Assembly: GCA_030147705.1 (NCBI GenBank)
Contig: JASBUV010000164.1
Span: 1-54,740 of the forward strand
DNA length: 54,740 bases
Source: Gammaproteobacteria bacterium
GTDB lineage: Bacteria > Pseudomonadota > Gammaproteobacteria > Pseudomonadales > Pseudohongiellaceae
Reading direction: 5' to 3'
The notes below the pieces were generated by a model. That model ran no database searches and was not told where the DNA came from. It saw only the letters and a list, made by a program, of their open reading frames with translations. This document shows, piece by piece, positions 8,926 through 17,017 of the stretch. Both the position numbers and the translations under genes were made by a program. Positions within the stretch are counted from its first letter, which is position 1; each line of letters opens with the position of its first letter.

Positions 8926-9765
8926 GTGAATATTGATTTTTCTCTGGTTCTGGTTGTGCTTGTAGGTTTTTGTGGCTTGCTCTGGGTTCTGGATTCTATC
9001 CTGCTCAAGAAGCCACGCTTGCAGGCGATAGAGGAGTTCAATCAGGGGCCGGCCAGATCGTTGCGTGAAGAACAGGTTGCCGCCAAGCTGGACGAGCTCT
9101 CACGCGAACCCGTAGTGATTGAATATGCCAAGAGTTTCTTCCCGGTACTCTTGATCGTTCTGGTGCTGCGCTCATTTTTGATCGAGCCATTCCAGATCCC
9201 AACTGGATCAATGATTCCGACTTTGCAGGTAGGCGATTTCATCCTGGTTAACAAGTATGCCTACGGAGTGCGCTTGCCTGTAATCGGCACCAAAATCATA
9301 GATGTGGCGGACCCGCAGCGCGGAGAGGTGATGGTGTTCATACCGCCTCACGAGAACAAGTACTACATCAAGCGAGTCATTGGACTGCCGGGTGACACCA
9401 TCCGCTATGAAGACAAAACGCTTTATGTGAATGGCGAAGCAGTCGACAAGGAATATGTCGAGGATATTCTGGTGGACACCAGTATTGGTGATTTGCCAGG
9501 TGTTCTTTATTCCGAGACCATCGGGGGAGTGGAACATCTCACGCAGCACATCGATGCGGCGGGGCGAACCCGTGCGAGAACGACCTGGGTCATTCCCAAT
9601 GGACATTATTTCATGATGGGTGATAACCGGGATAACAGCAGTGACAGCCGGGAGTGGGGTCCGGTGCCCGAGGAAGATATCGTTGGCAAGGCGGTTGCGG
9701 TCTGGATGCATAAAGAGCCCGGTTTGAACTTGCCAAGTTTCTCGAGAAACCAGTTAATCAAATAA
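8926..9765 (+). CDS. lepB: signal peptidase I
   Basis: GTG start 2 nt after the lepA stop. It has an N-terminal TM segment, the catalytic Ser box GSMIPTL, the Lys box YIKRVIGLPGD and the GDNRDNSSDSR box. Confidence 0.95.
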   Translation: MNIDFSLVLVVLVGFCGLLWVLDSILLKKPRLQAIEEFNQGPARSLREEQVAAKLDELSREPVVIEYAKSFFPVLLIVLVLRSFLIEPFQIPTGSMIPTLQVGDFILVNKYAYGVRLPVIGTKIIDVADPQRGEVMVFIPPHENKYYIKRVIGLPGDTIRYEDKTLYVNGEAVDKEYVEDILVDTSIGDLPGVLYSETIGGVEHLTQHIDAAGRTRARTTWVIPNGHYFMMGDNRDNSSDSREWGPVPEEDIVGKAVAVWMHKEPGLNLPSFSRNQLIK

Positions 9766-9861
9766 ATAGTGTGATTGAGATCGCGGATAGCCAAGGTCAG
9801 ACTGCGGATTTTGAGTCGCCTGAGGCAAACTGCCCTGAGTAGAATTGCTGAGAATCAAGCT

Positions 9862-10239
9862 ATGAAACAATTAACCGTGAATGCGCCAAACAAGCAATTG
9901 GGTGTGTCCAAGCTGGGCATCGCAACCATGTTGCTGTTGATTACTGTTTTTTTCACCGTTGGGCTGAAGGTCGGACCGCTGTACGTCGATCACAATCTGA
10001 TCACTGGCATCTGTCAGGAGCTGATCGATAACGGTGAAGCGACAGACATGACCGTGACTGAAATTCGCAATCGCGTCGCCAATAGTTTGCGCATTAACAA
10101 TGTCACAGGCTTCGATTTGTCTGCGATCCGCAAACGCATGGAAAACAACGCGCCGATTATCAACATCGACTACGAGCGTCGGGTTGAGCTGTTCGCCAAT
10201 CTTGACGTGGTTGCGAAGTTTTCCACCGAACTGCAGTAG
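9862..10239 (+). CDS. small membrane-anchored protein, DUF4845-like (conserved lepB-rnc spacer gene)
   Basis: About 125 aa with one N-terminal TM segment (LGIATMLLLITVFFTVGL). It occupies the same lepB-rnc position as the small hypothetical gene in Pseudomonas. Start set at ATG 9862. Confidence 0.6.
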   Translation: MKQLTVNAPNKQLGVSKLGIATMLLLITVFFTVGLKVGPLYVDHNLITGICQELIDNGEATDMTVTEIRNRVANSLRINNVTGFDLSAIRKRMENNAPIINIDYERRVELFANLDVVAKFSTELQ

Positions 10240-10926
10240 ATGACTGCGTCACTCGATAAACTTCAGCAGTCGCTTGGTTACCAGTTTGTGCAGCCGGAGC
10301 TCTTGAGCCTGGCACTTACCCACCGCAGTACGAGCAAACAGAACTACGAGCGACTCGAGTTTTTGGGTGACGCATTGCTGGACTTCATCATTGGCGAGAT
10401 ACTCTATTTCCGTTTCAAAGATGCAACAGAAGGTGAATTGAGCAGGCTCAGAGCCCGGTTTGTGAACAAGGCGGCATTAGCAGGGTTGGGCAAAGAGCTT
10501 GAACTGGGCGCCTTGCTCAAACTAGGGGCCGGTGAGGCCAAAAGTGGTGGCAAGCAGCGCGAGTCGATTCTCGCCGATGTGGTGGAAGCCATTATTGCGG
10601 CGGTCTACCTCGACGGCGGCCTGGAGGCTTGCAAAGCGGTGGTACAGCGCATCAGCGAGGATATGCTGACCAATCCTCGCCAACAGGCGCAAAGCAAGGA
10701 TCCCAAGACTCGCTTACAGGAGTTGCTACAGGCACGGGGTTTGCCTCTGCCCGTTTACAAGGTTTTGGCTATTAACGGTGAGGCGCACCAGCAGACATTT
10801 CATGTTGAGTGTCAGTGTGAAGCGCTAAAGCAGGCAACCAAAGGTAAAGGCAGAAGCAAGCGGATCGCAGAACAGAATGCCGCGGAACGTGCCTATCAAG
10901 TGCTGGAAGAAGAAAATGGCGAATAA
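10240..10926 (+). CDS. rnc: ribonuclease III
   Basis: RNase III signature [13 protein letters not shown] plus a C-terminal dsRBD ([12 protein letters not shown]...[15 protein letters not shown]). Confidence 0.95.
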   Translation: MTASLDKLQQSLGYQFVQPELLSLALTHRSTSKQNYERLEFLGDALLDFIIGEILYFRFKDATEGELSRLRARFVNKAALAGLGKELELGALLKLGAGEAKSGGKQRESILADVVEAIIAAVYLDGGLEACKAVVQRISEDMLTNPRQQAQSKDPKTRLQELLQARGLPLPVYKVLAINGEAHQQTFHVECQCEALKQATKGKGRSKRIAEQNAAERAYQVLEEENGE

Positions 10927-11839
10927 GGAATCGGATTCTCAACAAGAGAATGCGCAACAGCATTGCGGTTATGTGGCCATCGTCGGTCGTCCCAACGTGG
11001 GCAAGTCGACGTTGCTGAATCACTTGCTGCATCAGAAAATCAGCATCACGTCCCGAAAGCCTCAGACAACTCGCCATCGTATTCTCGGGATCAATACAAC
11101 AGCCACCCATCAAAGTGTCTTCGTTGATACGCCAGGATTACACGCCCAGCAGCACAAGGCGCTCAATAAAGTCATGAATGAAACGGTGGCAGCGACGGTG
11201 AAAGATGTCGATCTGATTCTGTTCGTCGTGGAGCGATTGGCATTTAATGATGGCGATGAGTTGGTCTTGCGCTTGCTGGAGCACTCCAAAGTGCCGGTGA
11301 TTCTGATCATCAACAAGGTAGACCTGCTCAAAGACAAAGAGCAGTTGCTACCCCACATCAAGCAGCTCTCCGAACGCTACGCGTTTGCTGATATCGTTCC
11401 CCTGTCTGCGCTCGGCGGGCACAATCTTGAGACACTTCAGGAGCTCATTCATGGCTATCTGCCTGTCAGTCCATTCTTCTACCCGGAAGATCAAGTCACA
11501 GACAGAAGTTCTCGATTTCTTGCAGCTGAATTGATCAGGGAAAAGGTCACGCGACAGCTTGGTGACGAGCTGCCATATGAGGTGACGGTAGAGATTGAAG
11601 AATTTGGTCAGCAGGGGGGCGTGTTGCATATCCATGCATTGATCCTCGTGGATAAGCCGGGGCAGAAGAAGATTCTGGTCGGTAAGCAAGGTGAGCGTCT
11701 GAAACAGATTGGCAAAGCGGCGAGAGAAGACATGGAAAAGGCCTTCGATTGCAAGGTCATGCTGAATCTGTGGTCCAAAGTAAAAGCAGGCTGGGCAGAT
11801 GACGAACGGGCACTACAAAGTCTGGGTTATATGGACTGA
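10916..11839 (+). CDS. era: GTPase Era
   Basis: [19 protein letters not shown]-loop, DTPG, NKVD and a C-terminal KH domain. Start set at ATG 10916, overlapping the rnc stop. Confidence 0.95.
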   Translation: MANKESDSQQENAQQHCGYVAIVGRPNVGKSTLLNHLLHQKISITSRKPQTTRHRILGINTTATHQSVFVDTPGLHAQQHKALNKVMNETVAATVKDVDLILFVVERLAFNDGDELVLRLLEHSKVPVILIINKVDLLKDKEQLLPHIKQLSERYAFADIVPLSALGGHNLETLQELIHGYLPVSPFFYPEDQVTDRSSRFLAAELIREKVTRQLGDELPYEVTVEIEEFGQQGGVLHIHALILVDKPGQKKILVGKQGERLKQIGKAAREDMEKAFDCKVMLNLWSKVKAGWADDERALQSLGYMD

Positions 11840-11869
11840 GCAAGAGCAGGAGTTGCAGGCTGAACTGCT

Positions 11870-12598
11870 ATGGATAACAGAGTCGCCCTCCAACCTGCGT
11901 ATGTCCTGCACCGCCGTCCCTTTCAGAACAGCAGTCTGCTAATCGATTTTTTCACACTGGATTACGGCCTTGTTCGCGGTATCGCAAAGGGTGCACGCGG
12001 GAACAAGTCTCGTTACCGGTCCCTGCTTCAGCTGTTCTCGCCGGTGCTGGTTTCATTGAGTGGGCGGAGTGAAATCAAGACAGTGACTGGTGTGGAATCC
12101 CAGCTCAATCCAATCACTCTGCAGGGGCTGCATTTGTTCAGTGGGCTCTATATGAATGAGCTCCTCGTTCGGCTGCTGCACAACCACGAAGAACATGCCA
12201 GTCTGTATCGAATCTATCAAAGCAGTTTGCTCGCGATGCAGTCACAGGAGCCGGTAGAGCAGGTCTTGAGACGATTTGAGATGAGTCTGCTGGCAGATCT
12301 CGGCTACGGTATCAATCTCGAATCTGACTGTGTCTCGCACGAGCCGATTACCGCGCAGCGGGAGTATTATTTCGCACCGGAAGTCGGGTTCTCTGTCGAT
12401 GCAGTGCACGGCGACGAACCGGATTCGGCACTGGTATTCAGCGGTGCGCACGTATTGGCATTGCGGGATTTGCAGTTCAATGATGCGGCGGCCGCCCAAT
12501 CTGCCAAACGAATACTGCGCATGGCGCTGGCGAGGCATCTTGGCAACAAGCCCTTGGCAAGCCGGGCACTGTTTTCACGGCGTAGCGGAGCAGGTTGA
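11870..12598 (+). CDS. recO: DNA repair protein RecO
   Basis: 242 aa. The N-terminal OB-fold region PAYVLHRRPFQNSSLLIDFFT is typical of RecO. It follows the rnc-era-recO synteny. Confidence 0.9.
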   Translation: MDNRVALQPAYVLHRRPFQNSSLLIDFFTLDYGLVRGIAKGARGNKSRYRSLLQLFSPVLVSLSGRSEIKTVTGVESQLNPITLQGLHLFSGLYMNELLVRLLHNHEEHASLYRIYQSSLLAMQSQEPVEQVLRRFEMSLLADLGYGINLESDCVSHEPITAQREYYFAPEVGFSVDAVHGDEPDSALVFSGAHVLALRDLQFNDAAAAQSAKRILRMALARHLGNKPLASRALFSRRSGAG

Positions 12599-12614
12599 GC
12601 CGATCTGCGCTTGC

Positions 12615-12643
12615 TTTAACCACTCTCTCAATCCGTGTAGAAT
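12615..12643 (+). promoter_or_regulatory. candidate sigma-70 promoter for cysM
   Basis: TTTAAC (12615-12620), a 17-nt spacer, then TAGAAT (12638-12643). It shares the TGTAGAAT plus GC-rich discriminator pattern with the lepA candidate promoter. Confidence 0.3.
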
Positions 12644-12688
12644 GCTGCGCTTTCTCTCTCTGCACATTGTCAGAAGACCCGCCAAGCA

Positions 12689-13582
12689 ATGAACTATCCT
12701 ACAATCGCCAGGCTGATCGGAAACACCCCGCTAGTGCAATTACAGCGTTTGCCAGGCGCAACCACGAATACTGTTTTGTGCAAGTTGGAAGGCGATAATC
12801 CTGCCGGTTCGGTCAAGGACCGTCCCGCCCTGAACATGATTCTGCAGGCCGAGCTGCGCGGTGATATCGCTCCCGGGGATAACCTGATCGAAGCAACCAG
12901 TGGCAACACCGGGATTGCGTTAGCTATGGTAGCCGCGGTTAAAGGCTACAAGATGACCCTGATCATGCCAGATAATCTGAGTGATGAGCGAAAGTGGTCA
13001 ATGCGCGCCTACGGTGCCGAGCTTATACTGGTTTCGGAATCCGAGGGCATGGAAGGGGCTCGTGATCTTGCTCAGCAAATGCAGTCTGAAGGGAAAGGCA
13101 AGGTGCTCGACCAGTTTGCCAATCAAGACAATCCCAATGCGCACTACATGCATACCGGGCCGGAAATCTGGCGCGACACCAACGGCAGCGTAACCCACTT
13201 TGTCAGTTCCATGGGCACCACTGGCACGATCATGGGTGTGTCCCGTTATCTCAAAGAACAAAACCCCGCGATTCAGGTTATTGGCCTGCAGCCTCAGGAT
13301 GGTTCCCGTATTCCGGGCATACGGCGTTGGCCACAGGAATATCTGCCCAGCATATTCGATCGCTCACGTGTTGATCAGGTGATGGATATCGACCAGCGCG
13401 ATGCAGAGAACACGATGCGCGCACTGGCGACAGAAGAGGGTATCTTCTGCGGTGTTTCTTCCGGAGGCGCTGTGTATGCGGCACTGCAACTCTCGGCGAA
13501 GGTCGAAAATGCGACAATTGTTGCGATTATTTGTGATCGCGGAGATCGCTATCTCTCAACTGGTGTTTATTCGGCGAGTTGA
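12689..13582 (+). CDS. cysM: cysteine synthase B (O-acetylserine sulfhydrylase, PLP-dependent)
   Basis: IGNTPLVQL...EGDNPAGSVKDRPA (PLP-lysine motif) and TSGNTGIALA. Length and sequence fit the CysM subfamily rather than CysK. Confidence 0.88.
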   Translation: MNYPTIARLIGNTPLVQLQRLPGATTNTVLCKLEGDNPAGSVKDRPALNMILQAELRGDIAPGDNLIEATSGNTGIALAMVAAVKGYKMTLIMPDNLSDERKWSMRAYGAELILVSESEGMEGARDLAQQMQSEGKGKVLDQFANQDNPNAHYMHTGPEIWRDTNGSVTHFVSSMGTTGTIMGVSRYLKEQNPAIQVIGLQPQDGSRIPGIRRWPQEYLPSIFDRSRVDQVMDIDQRDAENTMRALATEEGIFCGVSSGGAVYAALQLSAKVENATIVAIICDRGDRYLSTGVYSAS

Positions 13583-13629
13583 TTCGCCACTTGCCCCACT
13601 AATCCTGAATATCCGGAAACCTGCACGCT

Positions 13630-15021
13630 ATGTCCCGACGCCGTTCCAGAAAGCAACGCTTGCCAACAGAACCTGTTGAGCTGGAGATCGAATCCCTCAG
13701 TCATGAAGGTCGGGGTGTTGCTCGCATCGAAGGCAAGGTTGCGTTTGTCGATGGTGCACTTTCCGGAGAAACGGTCAGTGCTATCTATGTGCGCAGCAGG
13801 AGTCAGCTTGATGAGCTGAGGACCGAGTCAGTATTGCAGGCCTCCGCCGAGAGAGTATCTCCTCCCTGCGGCTATGCGGGCCAATGTGGTGGCTGTTCAC
13901 TGCAGCATCTGGATACAGCTGCGCAGCTGAATTTCAAACAATCGGTGCTGTTGGAGCACCTCGCCCAGTCAACAGGCTTGAGTAGCGAACAATTTGAGCT
14001 GCTTCCCAATATTCTGAGCAAGACAGAACACTACCGACGCAAGGCCAGGCTCGCAGTCAGAGTTGTGCAGAAAAAAGGCGGAGTGCTGGTCGGCTTCAGG
14101 GAGAAGTACAGTTCCTTTATCACTGATATGCACAGCTGCCACGTACTCGTCGCCGAAGTCGCGCAGTTGATTGATCCGCTGCGAGAGCTGTTGAATTCGC
14201 TGTCAGGCAAACATGCAATCCCACAAATCGAAGTCGCGGTGGGAGAACATGAGAGTCAAGAGGAGCAAGCAGACGATACGGAACTACCTCTTCAGGTCGC
14301 ACTGGTATTTCGCCACCTGCAGGCGCTCTCCGAAGAAGATCAGAATGCGCTGCAAGACTTCTGTCGCGCGCACGCAGTACATTGTTATCTCCAGCCAGGT
14401 GGTACCAATACAGTGCACCGGATTTATCCGGCGGCTTCAGAATCCCCCGAACGGCTCTATTATTATCTGCCAGAACATGACATTTCGCTGGCTTTTCATC
14501 CGATGGATTTTACCCAGGTCAATGGCGAGGTTAATCGACAGATTATTGACCGGGCTCTGAGTCTGTTGGATGTGCAGAAGGGTGACACTGTGCTCGATCT
14601 GTTTTGCGGACTAGGGAATTTCACCTTGCCTTTGGCTCGCCGTGCCGCTGCAGTTATTGGCGTGGAAGGAAGTGATGAAATGGTACGGCGTGGCTCTGAA
14701 AACGCTGCCCGAAATGGCCTCACCAATACCGAATTTTTTGCAGCAGACCTCAGTAAGCCGCTTTCTCAACACGTTTGGGCGCAAAAAACCTACGATAAAA
14801 TTCTGCTGGATCCTCCACGCTCAGGTGCGCTAGAGATCATTCCGGAAGTAGCGCAACTTGGCGCTGCGCGGATTGCCTATGTCTCCTGTAACCCGATCAC
14901 ATTAGCCAGAGATGCTGCCGTGCTGCAAGAGCATGGCTATAAATTGAAATCAGCGGGGGTTATGGATATGTTTCCGCACACGACTCACGTTGAATCCATG
15001 GCGATATTCGAGCGGAAATGA
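13630..15021 (+). CDS. rlmD: 23S rRNA (uracil1939-C5)-methyltransferase RlmD (RumA)
   Basis: N-terminal TRAM domain, a Cys cluster (CGYAGQCGGCSLQH) for the 4Fe-4S centre, SAM motifs LDLFCGLGNF and DPPRSG, and the catalytic YVSCNP. Confidence 0.9.
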   Translation: MSRRRSRKQRLPTEPVELEIESLSHEGRGVARIEGKVAFVDGALSGETVSAIYVRSRSQLDELRTESVLQASAERVSPPCGYAGQCGGCSLQHLDTAAQLNFKQSVLLEHLAQSTGLSSEQFELLPNILSKTEHYRRKARLAVRVVQKKGGVLVGFREKYSSFITDMHSCHVLVAEVAQLIDPLRELLNSLSGKHAIPQIEVAVGEHESQEEQADDTELPLQVALVFRHLQALSEEDQNALQDFCRAHAVHCYLQPGGTNTVHRIYPAASESPERLYYYLPEHDISLAFHPMDFTQVNGEVNRQIIDRALSLLDVQKGDTVLDLFCGLGNFTLPLARRAAAVIGVEGSDEMVRRGSENAARNGLTNTEFFAADLSKPLSQHVWAQKTYDKILLDPPRSGALEIIPEVAQLGAARIAYVSCNPITLARDAAVLQEHGYKLKSAGVMDMFPHTTHVESMAIFERK

Positions 15022-15914
15022 TGGCGGCACACCGACACGTACACAGCGAGACTGATTTCGAAGCGCTCAATGCAATCGAAAAACTCCTGTGTGTGATGTC
15101 CATGCTGCGTGATGGGAAAGCAGGCTGTCCCTGGGATCTGAAGCAAACAATCGCATCGTTAGCGCCTTACACCATCGAAGAAGTTTACGAGGTCGTAGAC
15201 GCGATAGAAAAAGGCGACATGGTTGATCTCGAGGATGAACTCGGTGATCTGCTCTTTCAGGTAGTCTTTTACGCGCAGCTGGCCAGCGAGGAAGGCCATT
15301 TCGATTTCTCCGATATCGCCAACGCAATCACACGCAAGCTTGTGCGTCGCCATCCTCACGTATTTCCGGAGGGTGATGTGACAAATTTTGGCACCCAGTC
15401 CGAGTTGTCGCCAGATCAGGTCGTGACTAACTGGGAGGAGATAAAAAAGCAGGAGCGGGAGGAGAAACAGCACAAGAGAAAGCTACTGGGTTCAGACTCG
15501 AGTGAGAATTCCACTCAATCAGGCATTCTTGACGATGTACCGCGTGCACTGCCTGCTTTGGAACGCGCGAGAAAGCTTCAGAAAAGGGCTGCGAGCCATG
15601 GGTTCGACTGGCAAGATGTGGCGCCTGTGCTGGCCAAACTTAAAGAAGAAATCGAGGAATTTGAGCAGGCACTGGCTGAAGGTGATGCCGCTCATTTGCA
15701 CCATGAGCTAGGTGATATCTATTTTGCTGCGACAAATCTCGCACGACACGTTAATCTTGAGCCCGAGATTGCACTCAGAGATGCCAATCAGCGATTTGAA
15801 GCGAGATTTCGCTGGATTGAACAAGCTGTTCAGTCTCGTCAGCAGCGTATAGATGACCTGACATTGACCGAACTGGATGCCTTGTGGGATCAGGCAAAGC
15901 AGCACGGTTTGTAA
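15018..15914 (+). CDS. mazG: nucleoside triphosphate pyrophosphohydrolase MazG
   Basis: Two tandem MazG domains (EEVYEVVDAIE...ELGDLLFQVVF and EEIEEFEQAL...ELGDIYFAATN). The ATG overlaps the rlmD TGA (ATGA at 15018-15021). Confidence 0.9.
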   Translation: MMAAHRHVHSETDFEALNAIEKLLCVMSMLRDGKAGCPWDLKQTIASLAPYTIEEVYEVVDAIEKGDMVDLEDELGDLLFQVVFYAQLASEEGHFDFSDIANAITRKLVRRHPHVFPEGDVTNFGTQSELSPDQVVTNWEEIKKQEREEKQHKRKLLGSDSSENSTQSGILDDVPRALPALERARKLQKRAASHGFDWQDVAPVLAKLKEEIEEFEQALAEGDAAHLHHELGDIYFAATNLARHVNLEPEIALRDANQRFEARFRWIEQAVQSRQQRIDDLTLTELDALWDQAKQHGL

Positions 15915-15927
15915 GAATTATTAGTGA

Positions 15928-16596
<669 letters not shown>

Positions 16597-16616
16597 GCTG
16601 AATTCCAATGTCAGGT

Positions 16617-16643
16617 AAAAGCCCGCATCGCGGGCTTTTTTTT
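16617..16643 (+). terminator. rho-independent terminator of adk
   Basis: AAAA GCCCGC-atc-GCGGGC followed by T8 (stem 16621-16635, T-run 16636-16643). Confidence 0.85.
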
Positions 16644-16938
16644 GGCTGGAAAAAGTAATTCAGACAGTTAAAAAGAGGTGCTGGATAAAATTATTGGCGT
16701 GATTCGGATGAATTTGTTCCCAATGGAAACAAAATTGGCAGAGTTATTGCAGTTTTTATTGATCTATTATTCATTAAAACTTTTGCTTAAAAGCCAACTT
16801 TTTTTAAAGTTTTGCTATCAACAAGCGAAATATGAAATTGATACCGCTGGGAAGTGGGTGTCTTGTTCGAGTAAGCAAAAGGAAATTGTTTGCATTTTTG
16901 CGTTTGTATTTACATTGCTGTCAGCCAAAGAATTTTTG

Positions 16939-16947
16939 TGATATGTT
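16939..16947 (+). promoter_or_regulatory. possible extended -10 promoter (TGATATGTT) for the Lys/Ala-rich gene
   Basis: TG-N-TATGTT at 16939-16947 lies within a roughly 370-bp AT-rich spacer, about 70 nt upstream of ATG 17018. The -35 is weak. Pattern match only. Confidence 0.25.
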
Positions 16948-17017
16948 CCGGGCGAGCAGTGGATACAAATAAAAGGTCTTAAGCGGGCACGATTCACTAC
17001 CTAGGAGAGAAACGAGT

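Noticed and set aside
16678-16941. 87-aa ORF (plus strand, GTG start) in the AT-rich spacer between adk and the Lys/Ala-rich gene.
   Set aside because: It lies in AT-rich DNA, where an open frame of this length is unremarkable. It has no SD, its Leu/Phe/Lys/Ile-rich composition reflects AT bias, and it has no recognisable motif. It also overlaps the candidate promoter of the downstream gene.
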